Part shown: in pieces, positions 39,762 through 53,247 of the stretch
Layout: each line of letters opens with the position of its first letter
How positions within the stretch are numbered: the first letter of the stretch is position 1
Assembly: GCA_051294375.1 (NCBI GenBank)
Contig: CM119265.1
Span: 3,625,620 to 3,689,619 of the forward strand
DNA: 64,000 nucleotides
Direction: 5' to 3'
Source of the DNA: Paraspadella gotoi
Taxonomy: Eukaryota > Animalia > Chaetognatha
Notes under the pieces: generated by a model
Told to the model about the DNA's origin: nothing
The model's input: only the letters and a program-made list of their open reading frames with translations
Database searches by the model: none
Program-made: the position numbers and the translations under genes

Positions 39762-40011
39762 ATATTCCCTTAAGTATTATGGTGGACTAAAATCCACCAA
39801 CCGTTCATCAGTGGCCATTGGTGCCGGAGGCAAATCATTCGCCTCCCAACCCAAAGGTCCGGGGTTCTAGCCCAGTGGCCGCCTAGCAGTTAAGAGGGAC
39901 GGGGCGCTTAACCCGCCTGTAACATGGTGTTACAGCCTGATCCGAAGCTCAGGGACTGCTTATGTTGAACGGTTCTGTCATTAACACTTATCAATAATTA
40001 CTGTCTCTTCA
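39762..40011 (+). mobile_element. Twister/tRNA-like repeat family 1, unit-length 250-bp monomer (retrozyme-like)
   Basis: A tRNA-like segment at ~39811-39883 has an A box TGGTGCCGGAGG and a B box GGTTCTAGCCC, followed by a twister fold. There are three copies in the window. Confidence 0.8.
39886..39959 (+). ncRNA. Twister ribozyme-like fold, type P5 (family 1)
   Basis: Parse: GCAGUU(P5) AAG AGG GA CGG GGCGCU UAA CCC GC CUGUAACA-UGG-UGUUACAG(P3) CCUGA UCCGAAGC UCAGG(P4) GACUGC(P5'). Loop CCG pairs with the CGG after GA. P2 is short and imperfect. Confidence 0.75.
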
Positions 40012-40760
40012 GTATCATGTTAAAGAGACATAGAAATAATTGGTAAGCGACTTGTAATGAGCGGAATTCGAGAGCGCATTTACAGAAGATATTTGGCAAT
40101 TAAGTAAACAATGACCTTAGAGCATATAATAATCGAGGGAAAGATGATAATAACTGGTCAAGTGTACAAAGAGAGAGAGGGAGAGGGAGGACATTTCACA
40201 TCAATATCTTCGGCCAAAGTGAATGGCCTGTGGCTTGGTGAAGTGTCCTCCACAATATATAAAAAGTTTAAACATGTTTGGTCCACTAGTTATTCCGAAA
40301 CATATACTCGGCTCGATAAAACGACGGAGCATTATCTAATATGAAACCTTTATAAAAGGTATTATATCTGAAAAAAATAAATAATGAAAGAAATAGCTGA
40401 AACAAAGACTCCTATTTATTTAACAACATTTCTAAGATGAAGAAATAATATTTTTATTCATGTAAGAGAAAATTAATTTGAAGAAGTATCGTAATTTCAA
40501 TAAGTATGTAGGAGAGACAAAATAACTGACAGGAAGATAGACAGACCATAGATACTCATGCTCTGCAAGTACTCACGTTATAACTCTTAGATAAATTTTT
40601 CAAGTAATATTATTTTTTAAGAATGTTAATTTTATACAAAATGCTCCAAAAACTATGTGTTCTTCCTACCCTCATAAATATAAAAATATAGAATAAAAAA
40701 TTAAGAAACGCACTGTAATTGTAATATAAATTAACAAGACATTTATCAAGTCTTTAAACT

Positions 40761-42658
40761 TCATCTGATTTGACCGAATCCTGCTGACAGCAACGGCCCG
40801 CCAACAACCACCTCGAAGGATTCAGCAGGGATGAACCACTTGTCCGCGTATTTCTCAGTTGTGTCTTTGACTCCGAAGGAGATAACCGAACAGCCGGCCG
40901 CGTACAGCTTCTCTTCAACGTCAATCTTGCTGCAGTTGAAGCGAACAGAGTTTCGATGGAATTGGCTCGTCGTGTAGCCCCGTTCGTGGCGAAACTAATA
41001 TAACGATGGGGATTTTTAGGCAGAGAGAGAAATTATTGTAAATAATTTGTATCTTTTTGCTCTATATTTTTTAAATATAAGGGAATATTGAAGAGACAGT
41101 TATTATTGTTATGTGTCAGTGACGGAACCGTTCAATATAAGCAGTCCCTGAGCTTCGGATCAAGCTGTAACACCATGTTACAGGTGGGTTAAGCGCCCCA
41201 TCCCTATTAACTGATAGGCGACCACCGGGCTAGAACCCCGGACCTTTGGGTCTGGAGGCTAATGACTTGCCTCCAGCACTAATGGCCGCTGATGAACGGT
41301 TGGTGCATTTTAGTCCACCATAATATTCATAATACACTATTATGGCAACGGGAGGATAGCCTGTGATACCCGGGGCGCGGGGTATCTCACCAACTGGCGT
41401 AGGGGCTGCGGACCCGCAGTGACCGCCTCCTGTCACTGGCATGTTTATACCGGCACCGTCACATTTAAGCCAGAACCGGGATACCCAGGGATTGAACCCG
41501 GGACGCACGGATGGAATGAGATGATTTAGCCTGCTCAGCCATTGAGACGAGGCTGGGGACGGACAGCAGTGAGGCAGCTTTAAGTCTTGCTGCCACACTA
41601 TCATAATAATAAAAATATATGAATATAAATAAAATAATCTGGTAATGAATATTTTAAAATCTAAAACTTAAAATAGGGAAACAAGTAATTGTTCAATTTT
41701 AAAAGACATCACCGTGTTGAGCCTGAGACGAAAATCCGTGGAAAACAGGAGGCCGCAAATGATCTGGTTCAATCCCCCGACTCCGCCAGGGATCTCCTTG
41801 TCGAAGAGATGAACGATGAAGCCGTCGGAAAAGTTTCGATCCTGATTGGTCGACGGTCGTTTGGATTTCTCCGCCGCCGCCGTCTCGGCAGCTGCTGCTG
41901 CTGCCTCCGCCGCTTCCTTCAAGGCGTCGAGGCAGAAGAAGTCGGCTTCGCGTTGGAGGCGAAGGAAGTCGTCGAAGGAGTCGGGGAGGAGGAGGTCGCC
42001 GTCGCGGAGGAAGTTGAGGACGTGTCTGGGGGGGTGTGATAAAATGTGGGATGTTGGAATAGAAGATTGGAAAATTGGAGAAGAAAAATCACAAAGTGAC
42101 GCAGGTAAATTTAAAATATATTTTGGAAAATGTTGTTGGAAATATTTGTTAAATCCTTAAAAAATATAAAATTATTATTTTTAAGCTTATCATTATTGAA
42201 ATTCTAAATCTTAAAATTATTATTTGAATCTATCTCCTTAGTGGGATATACAGTGTATACTATACACATTACTCAATATGTGTTGCAAGGGCAACTTTTG
42301 AATTTTAATTCCTGACTTTTGAAATGTTTTACTTATTTGTCATGCGCAACAAATCGCTTTATTCTTCAACCAAAAATCCCAAACTTAATCAGCATATCCT
42401 GACAAACAAATCTTCTCCAGTAACGAACCCCCCCTTGACGATCCCATCGAACCTGAACATCTTTCCGTCACGATCGACGAAGACGGCGCCAGATTGGTCC
42501 TTCGCCGTCGGGAGTTCCCCGCCGAACATCCTCGCCAGCATCGACTGAGGGTCGCGGAGAAGTGTCGCCTTTGACGTCGCGTAGACGATCCCTCCGACGT
42601 TGAGGTCAATCGGGCCGTCGAGTCCGGGGTTCGAGTCCCCGAACGACGGGTTCGCCAT
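40761..42658 (-). CDS. BTB/POZ (KCTD-like) protein, copy 3 (three exons)
   Basis: IDLNVGGIVYATSKATLLRDPQSMLARMFGG...VFVDRDGKMFR|HVLNFLRDG. The last exon (~40761-40995) encodes FRHERGY...VEEKLYAAGC...KWFIPAE...stop. Confidence 0.85.
41078..41325 (-). mobile_element. Twister/tRNA-like repeat family 1, unit-length copy (core 41141-41214, with substitutions)
   Basis: Reverse complement of 39762-40011, with the ATATTCCCTTA block at the 3' end instead of the 5' end. Confidence 0.85.
41334..41601 (-). mobile_element. Twister/tRNA-like repeat family 2, 261-bp monomer with a 7-nt terminal repeat
   Basis: A box TGGCTGAGCAGG and B box GGTTCAATCCC are followed by a twister fold. ATAGTGT occurs at both ends (41595-41601 and 41334-41340). 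Only one copy is in this window. Confidence 0.7.
41394..41473 (-). ncRNA. Twister ribozyme fold, type P5 (family 2)
   Basis: Parse: CUGGC(P5) UUAA AUGU(P2') GA CGG UGCCGGUA UAA ACAU(P2) GC CAGUGAC-AGGAGGCG-GUCACUG(P3) C GGG UCCGCAGC CCC(P4) UAC GCCAG(P5'). One deviation: L4 reads CAGC rather than AAGC. Confidence 0.85.
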
Positions 42659-43401
42659 TTTTTTTGTCGTATTTATTTATTTATTTATTAATTTATTAAT
42701 TAATTTCTCAAGTCGATTTAATTAATTTAATCGTTAAATGAAGTATTCTGATTTAATTAAAATTCGTTTTGTTCGAAAATGAACTCGATGCTCTTTAGTC
42801 TTTTATTGACGCCGCTAAAGAAAAGATTTTTAAATATATAACTTTTTCTTTTAAGATAACCATCAAAACTCGATATGAATATTTCATGATAACTATTTAC
42901 CGGTTTTTTTTTTTATAATCAACGCAAATACGCAATTCATTGCTTGCCGGTCAGCAATACATGAAGCAGCCATGTGAGTCATTTACTAGGAAATGCGAAC
43001 GAGATCTGATTTCCAAGAATTCCATCAGATGGAAGGACCTGTCGACAATAGTAAAACAAAAAGTCAATTGATTAGTGGGAAGGAATAGATCATTTGCTTT
43101 CCTCCCTGAATTGCAATTTCATAACTGGAACTGATTTATTAAATTTTATAAATCTTTTTTTTTCTCCTGAAATTGGTACAACCAATATAAAATTTATCCA
43201 TTAATTTAATTAATTAGCTATCTTGCCCCTGACATTGGTGGTCTAAGTCCTCCATCACTCTTAAAAGAAAATGATAGAGCTGGTCCCTGAAAATTTTAAA
43301 TCAAGACTCTCAGTGAGAGTCTCACGGGAACTATTTTAAACATAATTGAAGTAAGATTCTTGTTTCACATATAATGTTTCATACATATTCACCCAAAGGG
43401 T

Positions 43402-43590
43402 GGTGGGCCAATCCCGGAGGTACTGCAATACCGGGCTGACCCGTGGAGGAGGCCGTGCAAGCACTGAGCGCTCCTCCGATGCTCAAAAATCAGTTTAATA
43501 TTCTGGGCCCGCAGTGCGGACCGTATCAGATATTAAGCTGATAAGAACAGATACTACACTTTGATCTTAGCCAAAAGGCCGAGAAGCGAT
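43402..43590 (-). ncRNA. RNU2: U2 spliceosomal snRNA
   Basis: It begins ATCGCTTCTCGGCCTTTTGGCTAAGATCAAAGTGTAGTATCTGTTCTTATCAG and contains the branch-pairing GTAGTA, the Sm site ATTTTTG and the stem-loop IV loop TATTGCAGTAC. Full length, ~189 nt. Confidence 0.97.
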
Positions 43591-44237
43591 GTCGGGCTGG
43601 GAAAAAAATTTTCTAAGTAAACTACAAACTACAAATTGCTGTCGGTTTTTGAACCTCCTCTTTTCCAAGTTATTTTTAACACTATGACTTAGAAAATTAA
43701 TTATCATGCCATTTTTGCCATTATTTAATATGTGTTTTGCGTTTTAAATGTCTTTATGTATTGTATTAGATATAAAAAATAAAACTGTAACTTTTAAAAT
43801 AATATTAATAGTTAGAAACAAACAGAAAAAAAATTCTATTCTAACGTATGCAAATATTTGATGGAGTCTCGATCTCACCCAAAACAAAAGTCAGGAAATT
43901 GTTTTTTTCGTTTTTTTTCTGCTTTATGAAATTGGTACAACTAATATAAAAATTAATCATTCATTTAATTAATAGGCTATCTTGCCCCTGACTTTGGACA
44001 GGCTTTGGTCGTTTAAGGCTTATAGGATAATAACATAGCATGTCCCTGCAAGCTTTTAATCAAGACTCTCTCACTCCCAGAGTACCTGGCTTCCCTATCA
44101 TTGAAGTTGTATTATATTTCAAAAAAATTTTCAATTGTATGAATGTTACAATGTTACAATATGTAACAGCATCAGTGACATAAATTATCAATACATTAGT
44201 TTAATAATAAAAGACTAGGATAATAATTCATTTAATG

Positions 44238-46731
<2,494 letters not shown>

Positions 46732-47479
46732 CGGCTCGTTCTAGAAGTGGCCGGAATTAAAAGAAAAAGCACTCGGAATCCGGCCACTGTTGGCGTACGA
46801 AGCGCCGGAAATTCATCTGGAGATTGAGTTGTGACGTTTATTATATTCTTTGCCAAGTTTAGTGTATTGAAGATGTTACAGAATAAAAATCAAAAATTGA
46901 ATTCGTTTGTTGATATTCATGTGGCAACTGTAGCATGTCTCTAGCAAATGTCGAAAACGTAGAGACTGTCAGCTGTAATTGTAAAAAATAGCCAAATCTT
47001 TATGTAGTTTCTTCCAGAGGAGAATTTTTTCTCGGGCACGAATATTGTTTCAACTGTTGAGGACTAAGCTGAACTATCGTTAAACTGAGCAAAGTTGAAA
47101 TATGGTTTCAAAATAGTTTACGTAAACACACAACAAACCATTCGTTAACTAAATAAAACCATTTTCGGGGGAATGAAAGATTAAAAATAATTTAAGAAAT
47201 AATTTGTCAGACCCCCAAAAAATAAAAATAATATTATGAAATAAAATTAAACTAATTTTTTTCACGAAAGAAAAGGAAAAAAAAGAATCGTTCACCAAAT
47301 TACAACCGAATCAATGATCGAGTTCTGAGTTGTCGATGGTGAAAATCGCTCACGTGAAGGTCACGTGATGATCACGTGATGATGAGGCAGAAACAAGAAG
47401 CCGAAAATAAAAAAATATTGCTGCTGCTCAATATAAACTAAACTCCCAATAATAACTATGCTAACTTCACTATCGAATA

Positions 47480-47511
<32 letters not shown>

Positions 47512-48332
47512 ACTCTCTCTCCTCTCTCTCTCTCTCTCGTACAAAGTAAAATTGAATCCAAATACTGTTAATGAAAGTACAACACAAAAAAACCAAAGGA
47601 AAACTACTATACTCTTTAATAACATTTCACGAATTTCAAATAGTACAAACTAATTTTCTATCATCGATTCTTAGTTTAAATTGTAAAAAGAAAAAGTATT
47701 TTAACCACATCGAACTTTGGGCAAAACGCGGGAAAACTTTTTCAACGCGTTCACCCGAAAGCGTCACTGTTTACAGTATAGAACGGTTCGTGCTTACACA
47801 GCAACCGAATACACGAAACTCGATTAAAACGAGATTAAACAATTATCAAACACTTCTCGTTATAACCGTTGTTCGAAAAAAAAAAAAAAACTAAATAAGC
47901 TCGTTTCAGTAGCTAGCGTGAAAACTTTACAATAATTAACCGAAAAAAAAATTGTCACGGACATTAATATGTCAAAAAGTATTAAAAATTAAAATTATAA
48001 TTAAAATTAAAAGTCGTAGTATTTTGCTTAATTGTGGCACCGAGAAAAAAGACCATCGGAAGCCGACCCCCCCCCCCAAAGCAACAAAAGCTCGTTGTCC
48101 ACCGTCGGTTGTAATTAAAAACTCGTTACAAGCCGATTCTTGACTGAAACGCGTCAAAACCTGTTCCGCTTAAAAGTGTTAATGAATTAATAACAAACAG
48201 TTGGCTCAAGATCCTTTTAAACAAATTAAACTAAGCTTTTTCGTGTCCTATCAAGACAACTTTTAAGTTGACTGTACAGTTGGCGACTCTGTTCAAAAGG
48301 AGATCCTCGACGCGGCTCGACTTACCCGGCGC

Positions 48333-51300
48333 TCAAGCCAGGTAAGGTTTCGGCGCCCTCAGATCCAGCGGCCCGCCCTCGTAGATCGGCTTGCCCAAGG
48401 CGTTCGTGCCGAGAACGCGCCGGGGCACGGGCGGCATCACCGACCGCGGCGCATGAACCGGCGCTTGGATCTGCGCATGAATCGGTGCTTGAGAAGGCGC
48501 ATAAACGGGCGCGTTAACTGGCGCGTTAACTGAAGTGTGAACGGGCGCGTAAACCGGCGATTGAATCGGGGCCTGAATTGGGACATGAACTGAGGATTGA
48601 ACAGGCGCTTTGACAGGCGCGTGAGTTGGCGCTTTGACAGGCGCTTGAACGGGAGCGCGTATCGTCGCTGGAGCGGGGGCGTGGACGGTAGCGAACTTGG
48701 CTGGCTGCTGCTGCGTCGGGCGTTGCGTGGGCGGCTGCTGTGTCGGCTGCTGCTGAGTCGTGAGCATCGATAGACGCGCCGGCGCTGAAGGCTGAGAAAA
48801 GAATGAGTGATTACCGAATTATACAAGCTGCCTGCAAGCTTTCAAAATAGCCTTATTCATCAATAAAATCTATATTTCTAACGACTTCTCTTCGTGTCCA
48901 CCTTCATCACTATGGCCCCAGCCCCCTCCTACCCTATTTCGATCATTATCTTCATCCTGAAGACAAATTCGACGCACAAGTTAAGGCGTTTGACGCGTCG
49001 CATCGGTTCCGTTCAAGAGTCTCACCTGACCCGCGACCTGCGCCCCGCCCAGAGTCACGTTACAAGCTCCCTCCATCGTCGCGTCGAGAACGAGTTCCGA
49101 GCCGACGGGAGCCACGAACTTTTGCGGCTGCAGAGTCGGTTTGATGATGGACATTTTGTGTCTGGAGGAGAGAGAAGGTAAGAGGCTGGGTAAGTCGGGT
49201 AAATTCGTAAGGTCTTTAAAGGGGGATTAAAAGTTTTGAAAGGGAGTTTAGTCTTTCAAAAATATTGTTGCATCCAATTTTAAGAATGTGAACCAACGGA
49301 AACAGGAGAGCAAATCAAAATAACAGCAGTTTAAGTGAGAAGGTAATGTTATAAAAAAAGAGTTAAGGATAAATCGTGAAACATTGGTTGCGCAAATTTC
49401 ATTTTTACGAATTTTTTCAGTTATAAGTAATAGAAGGTAATTATGAAAACAGGAATTTTTTTCAAAATTTCATTGTTATGGATTTAAAATAAATAAAATC
49501 ACTAACTTTTAAATTTCAAAATTAATGCTTGAGTTGCTGCAACATTTGATGCAAATTGTCACAGTCACGACGCCATTCTTTGACCAGTTCCGTTGGTTTT
49601 TTCAACTCATAGCGAACATCGGTTCTACGAAAGAATAAACCAAGAGACTAGAGTGAATGTACGATTGTAGGTGCTAAACTTATAGAGTATACACTATACA
49701 GTATACCAAATGCATTTATACATATGCATATTTTTTTTAATTTCCGAGCTACAGCATCATCTTCCCATTCCTCTTCTTATATATCTCTTAAGCTTTGCTT
49801 CTACACCTTCACAACATCAGCAGCTTTATTTCTCTCCATCTCCAACCCCAGCCTCACTTCTCAGCGACGATCTTCAATTCCAGCCCAGCTCGTTTGATCA
49901 TCTCGATGCCCTGATGGTGAGTGATCTGCGTCGAAGGAATTCCGTTTATCTCCAGCACGAGGTCGCCTTCGCTGAGACCGGAAATTCCCGCCGGACTGTC
50001 GCTGCTTACCTGGCGATCGGGAAAGGAACGAGGGGTTGGCGATATGTGCATTTGTTTACTGAAGTGTGTACGATATATCCATCTATTCATTAAATAAGTT
50101 TGGAAAGGCTATCGTGAACATTCTGGAGTGTTGTTTAAAGTAGTTATTAAGGGAACGATGGTGTAAAGAACTCGTTCCGTATTAAATGTAAAGTTTTAAT
50201 AAAAGTTTTTGTTCCTTGAAAGAATTTAAACGACAAATCTGAGTGAAAACTGAAAAACCAACGGAAGATTTCGGCTCAAAACTCTTCAAGGTCGAAATCT
50301 CAAATTTAAAAAAAAAAAAAAAAGACTAAACGAAACTCAAATTTTCGATCGTGAAAATCAATCCTCAAAAACTTCAAATCTTTCATCCAGAAAATCTTCA
50401 CATTTTTGTTCCCGCCATCTTTCGCAACCGGCAAAAATATATACATCTCGGATCTTTCTCTCCCTCTCTTTCTCTCTCTCCCTCTCTTTCTCTCTCTCTT
50501 CCCCTCTCTTTCTCTTAGATGATTCTCTCACGTTTGCTCTTTTTTTTTGTGAGAGTGGAAGAAGGAGCGGGCGCGGGAGAAGAGGCCGAAAGGGGGCCCC
50601 TACTGTGCTGAAAGAAGTGGCGATGGGTTTGGCGGGAAAATGCGGAGAATCGGGTTTTGGTTCCTCTTCCGAAAAATGGTAGATATCCAGATTACGTATT
50701 ATAAGAAAAAGATTATGTAAGTGGCGGAGATGAGTGGTTAAGTCAACATGGGACAAAAATCCCATCTCTTTCATCCGTGGGAAACATTTAAACCCGAGAT
50801 GTCGAGAAGAATTCCATTTCAATTTATAAAAAATCTTTCGCTGGGGCAACGATGAACGATTGAACATTGAACAAACAAACTGCATGAAAGTAGAAGGGAG
50901 GAAGGTGGGAGTAGAGGGGGGCGCTTGTTTTTGATCAAACACAGATTTACAATCGAAAGAAAAGATTTAAGAAGAAGATTTAAGATTTAAGATTTAAGAA
51001 GAAGAAAAATCAATCGAACAATTTTGTTTTTTTTGTTTTGAGAAATTTATTTCGTTTCGATCAAACAACTCTCGTTATGTTAAAAACTCATGAAAATGAT
51101 ATAATAACAAAACTCTCGCTATCATTACAATCACTGACAGAACCGCTGATTTCAATTATGACCACAGATGCCATAAATGATTTATAACTCAGACTCTTTC
51201 AATCAAAGACACGATTGCTGATGGCAGAAGCAATTGCTGATATTCTCTGTCACCAATCGACTCTCACCTTTTTGATGGAGAGAGGAATCCTGAAGTCGGT

Positions 51301-51369
51301 CCCACCTTGAAGTCTGAATCCCCATTGAACCGAAGGGTCGTTCCGTTTCATGGAAATCGAGCACGGCAT
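48333..51369 (-). CDS. PDZ-domain protein of Zasp/PDLIM (ALP/Enigma) type with an Ala/Pro-rich tail; no LIM domain seen
   Basis: Exon 1 MPCSISMKRNDPSVQWGFRLQGGTDFRIPLSIKK splices to VSSDSPAGISGLSEGDLVLEING...IEMIKRAG. Further small exons lie near 49600, 49100 and 48930, and the terminal exon has APVx repeats. Confidence 0.8.
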
Positions 51370-52681
51370 CTTCTCTTTTCTTTTTCTTTCTTTTTCTTTA
51401 ATACTTTCTCTTTTTTTGTAAAAGAGGCTTTTATTAGTTAATTTAACAATAAAAATTACTTGAAGAAAATAAAAGGTTAATTATTAAAAATAAAGCCATT
51501 TCGCTTATTTTTCCAAAGTTGCCATCATTTTTGTTTTCGTTTTCAAAGAATTAAAGCACAGAATAATTAACCCTTTTTTTTCACCAGTTGTCGTCGTCGT
51601 CGTCGTCGTCGTCAACTCGATTTTGTCCTTTTTTTTCTGCGCGCGAATTTCGTCACTAAAATTCGTTAAGATTTTCGCTAATTGGCGTCGCTTTGACGTC
51701 CAACGGGTAATAAAGGTCGCGTTTCGAAAAAAACAAAAGGCGAGAAGTGGAAACGAAAGGGAAACGAAATTAAAATTAAAAAAAAAAAGAAAAACAAAAA
51801 AAAACAAAAAAAAAAAAAAAAAAAAACAAACAAAGAAAAGAAATGCAAACCACAAATTACAAAGATTTAGTATCAATTTTTTATTTTCCCCTTTTTTACA
51901 AATTTGCGGTTGGTTTTTATAGACAGATCTCGTGAGAGAGAGAGAGGAAGAGAAAATAAAACTATAATATTAAACCTGAAAAAAAATGTTTAAAAACGAG
52001 TTGACATTAACTTCGAATATTTTCAAGAATTTAATCTTCACGAAACGTGAACGAAGCGTCGCTTGTGTAACGGAAAGGGAGAACGAAAGAAGAAAGGAAG
52101 AATGAAGACTAAAAAAAAAGCAAAAACGAGAGAGAGAAAAAAAAAAGAAAAAAGAAAAAAAAGCAAAAACGAGAGAGAGAAAAAAAAAGAAAAAAGAAAA
52201 AAAGCAAAAACGAGAGAGAGAAAGATCACGAAGAAAAGCGGGATCGATCCTGATCGTTGTTTTGTTGTTGTTGTTGTCGTCATCGCGGTGCGAAAGTATG
52301 AATAATCACGTGACATATCACCGGTTGAGCCCAGGCTAGAGAGAGAGTGAGACGAAGACAGAGAGAGAAAGAGCGAGCATTGCGTGGGCGTTACGTCGTA
52401 AAAAAATGGGCGGAGATAACATTTTTTGGGGGAGAGAGGAAGAGGGAGTGAGGGGGAAAGAAGGGAAGAGGAGGAGGGAGGAAGGAGATGGGGAGGAGAG
52501 AGAGTGGAAGGGGAGAGGGGGGAGGGAGGAAGGAGGAGGGGGGAGAGAGAGTGGAAGGGGAGAAGGGGGAGGAGGCAGAAGTTTGACGGAGCGTGTGGAG
52601 AAAATGAAGGGACTTAAAAATAGTGAAGAGAGATAAGAAGAGAAAGAGCAGGAAATATCGAAAATGTAAAAATATGATAAG

Positions 52682-52752
<71 letters not shown>

Positions 52753-52893
52753 GAGTCAGTTGAGGTCAAGAGGGCGAGAGGCAGTCGGGCAAAAGAGGTT
52801 GAGAGGATAAAGAGGATGAGAAAAGAGGGCGAGGAGAGAGAAGAGCAGAGAGACTAGGATGAGCAGGAGTTGAGAGGGCGCGTGGGCGAAGAT

Positions 52894-52965
<72 letters not shown>

Positions 52966-53247
52966 AAAGGAATGTGTTTTTAAAAACTCACTTGTTCCTC
53001 ATTAATGTTCATCACGATCGTTGCTTTTTTGTTTTTCAAACTCAACGGCAAAATATTCAAAATTCAAAGTTATAATTCATTAAACGAAAAAAGGTGAATG
53101 CCAAATCTAATTTTTCAACATCTACTGTATGTAAGAAAACAAATATGAAGATTTCTTTCAATCTCTTATTTAGTCTCTCTCACACATTCTCTCTCTCTCT
53201 CTCTCTCTGTCCACCCCACCCCCCCAAAACCGACTCCGTCTCCCTCT

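Noticed and set aside
39811-39883. Functional tRNA gene (also ~41478-41548 on the minus strand)
   Set aside because: The anticodon and D arms pair poorly and the segments are embedded in larger repeat units, so they were treated as tRNA-derived promoters.
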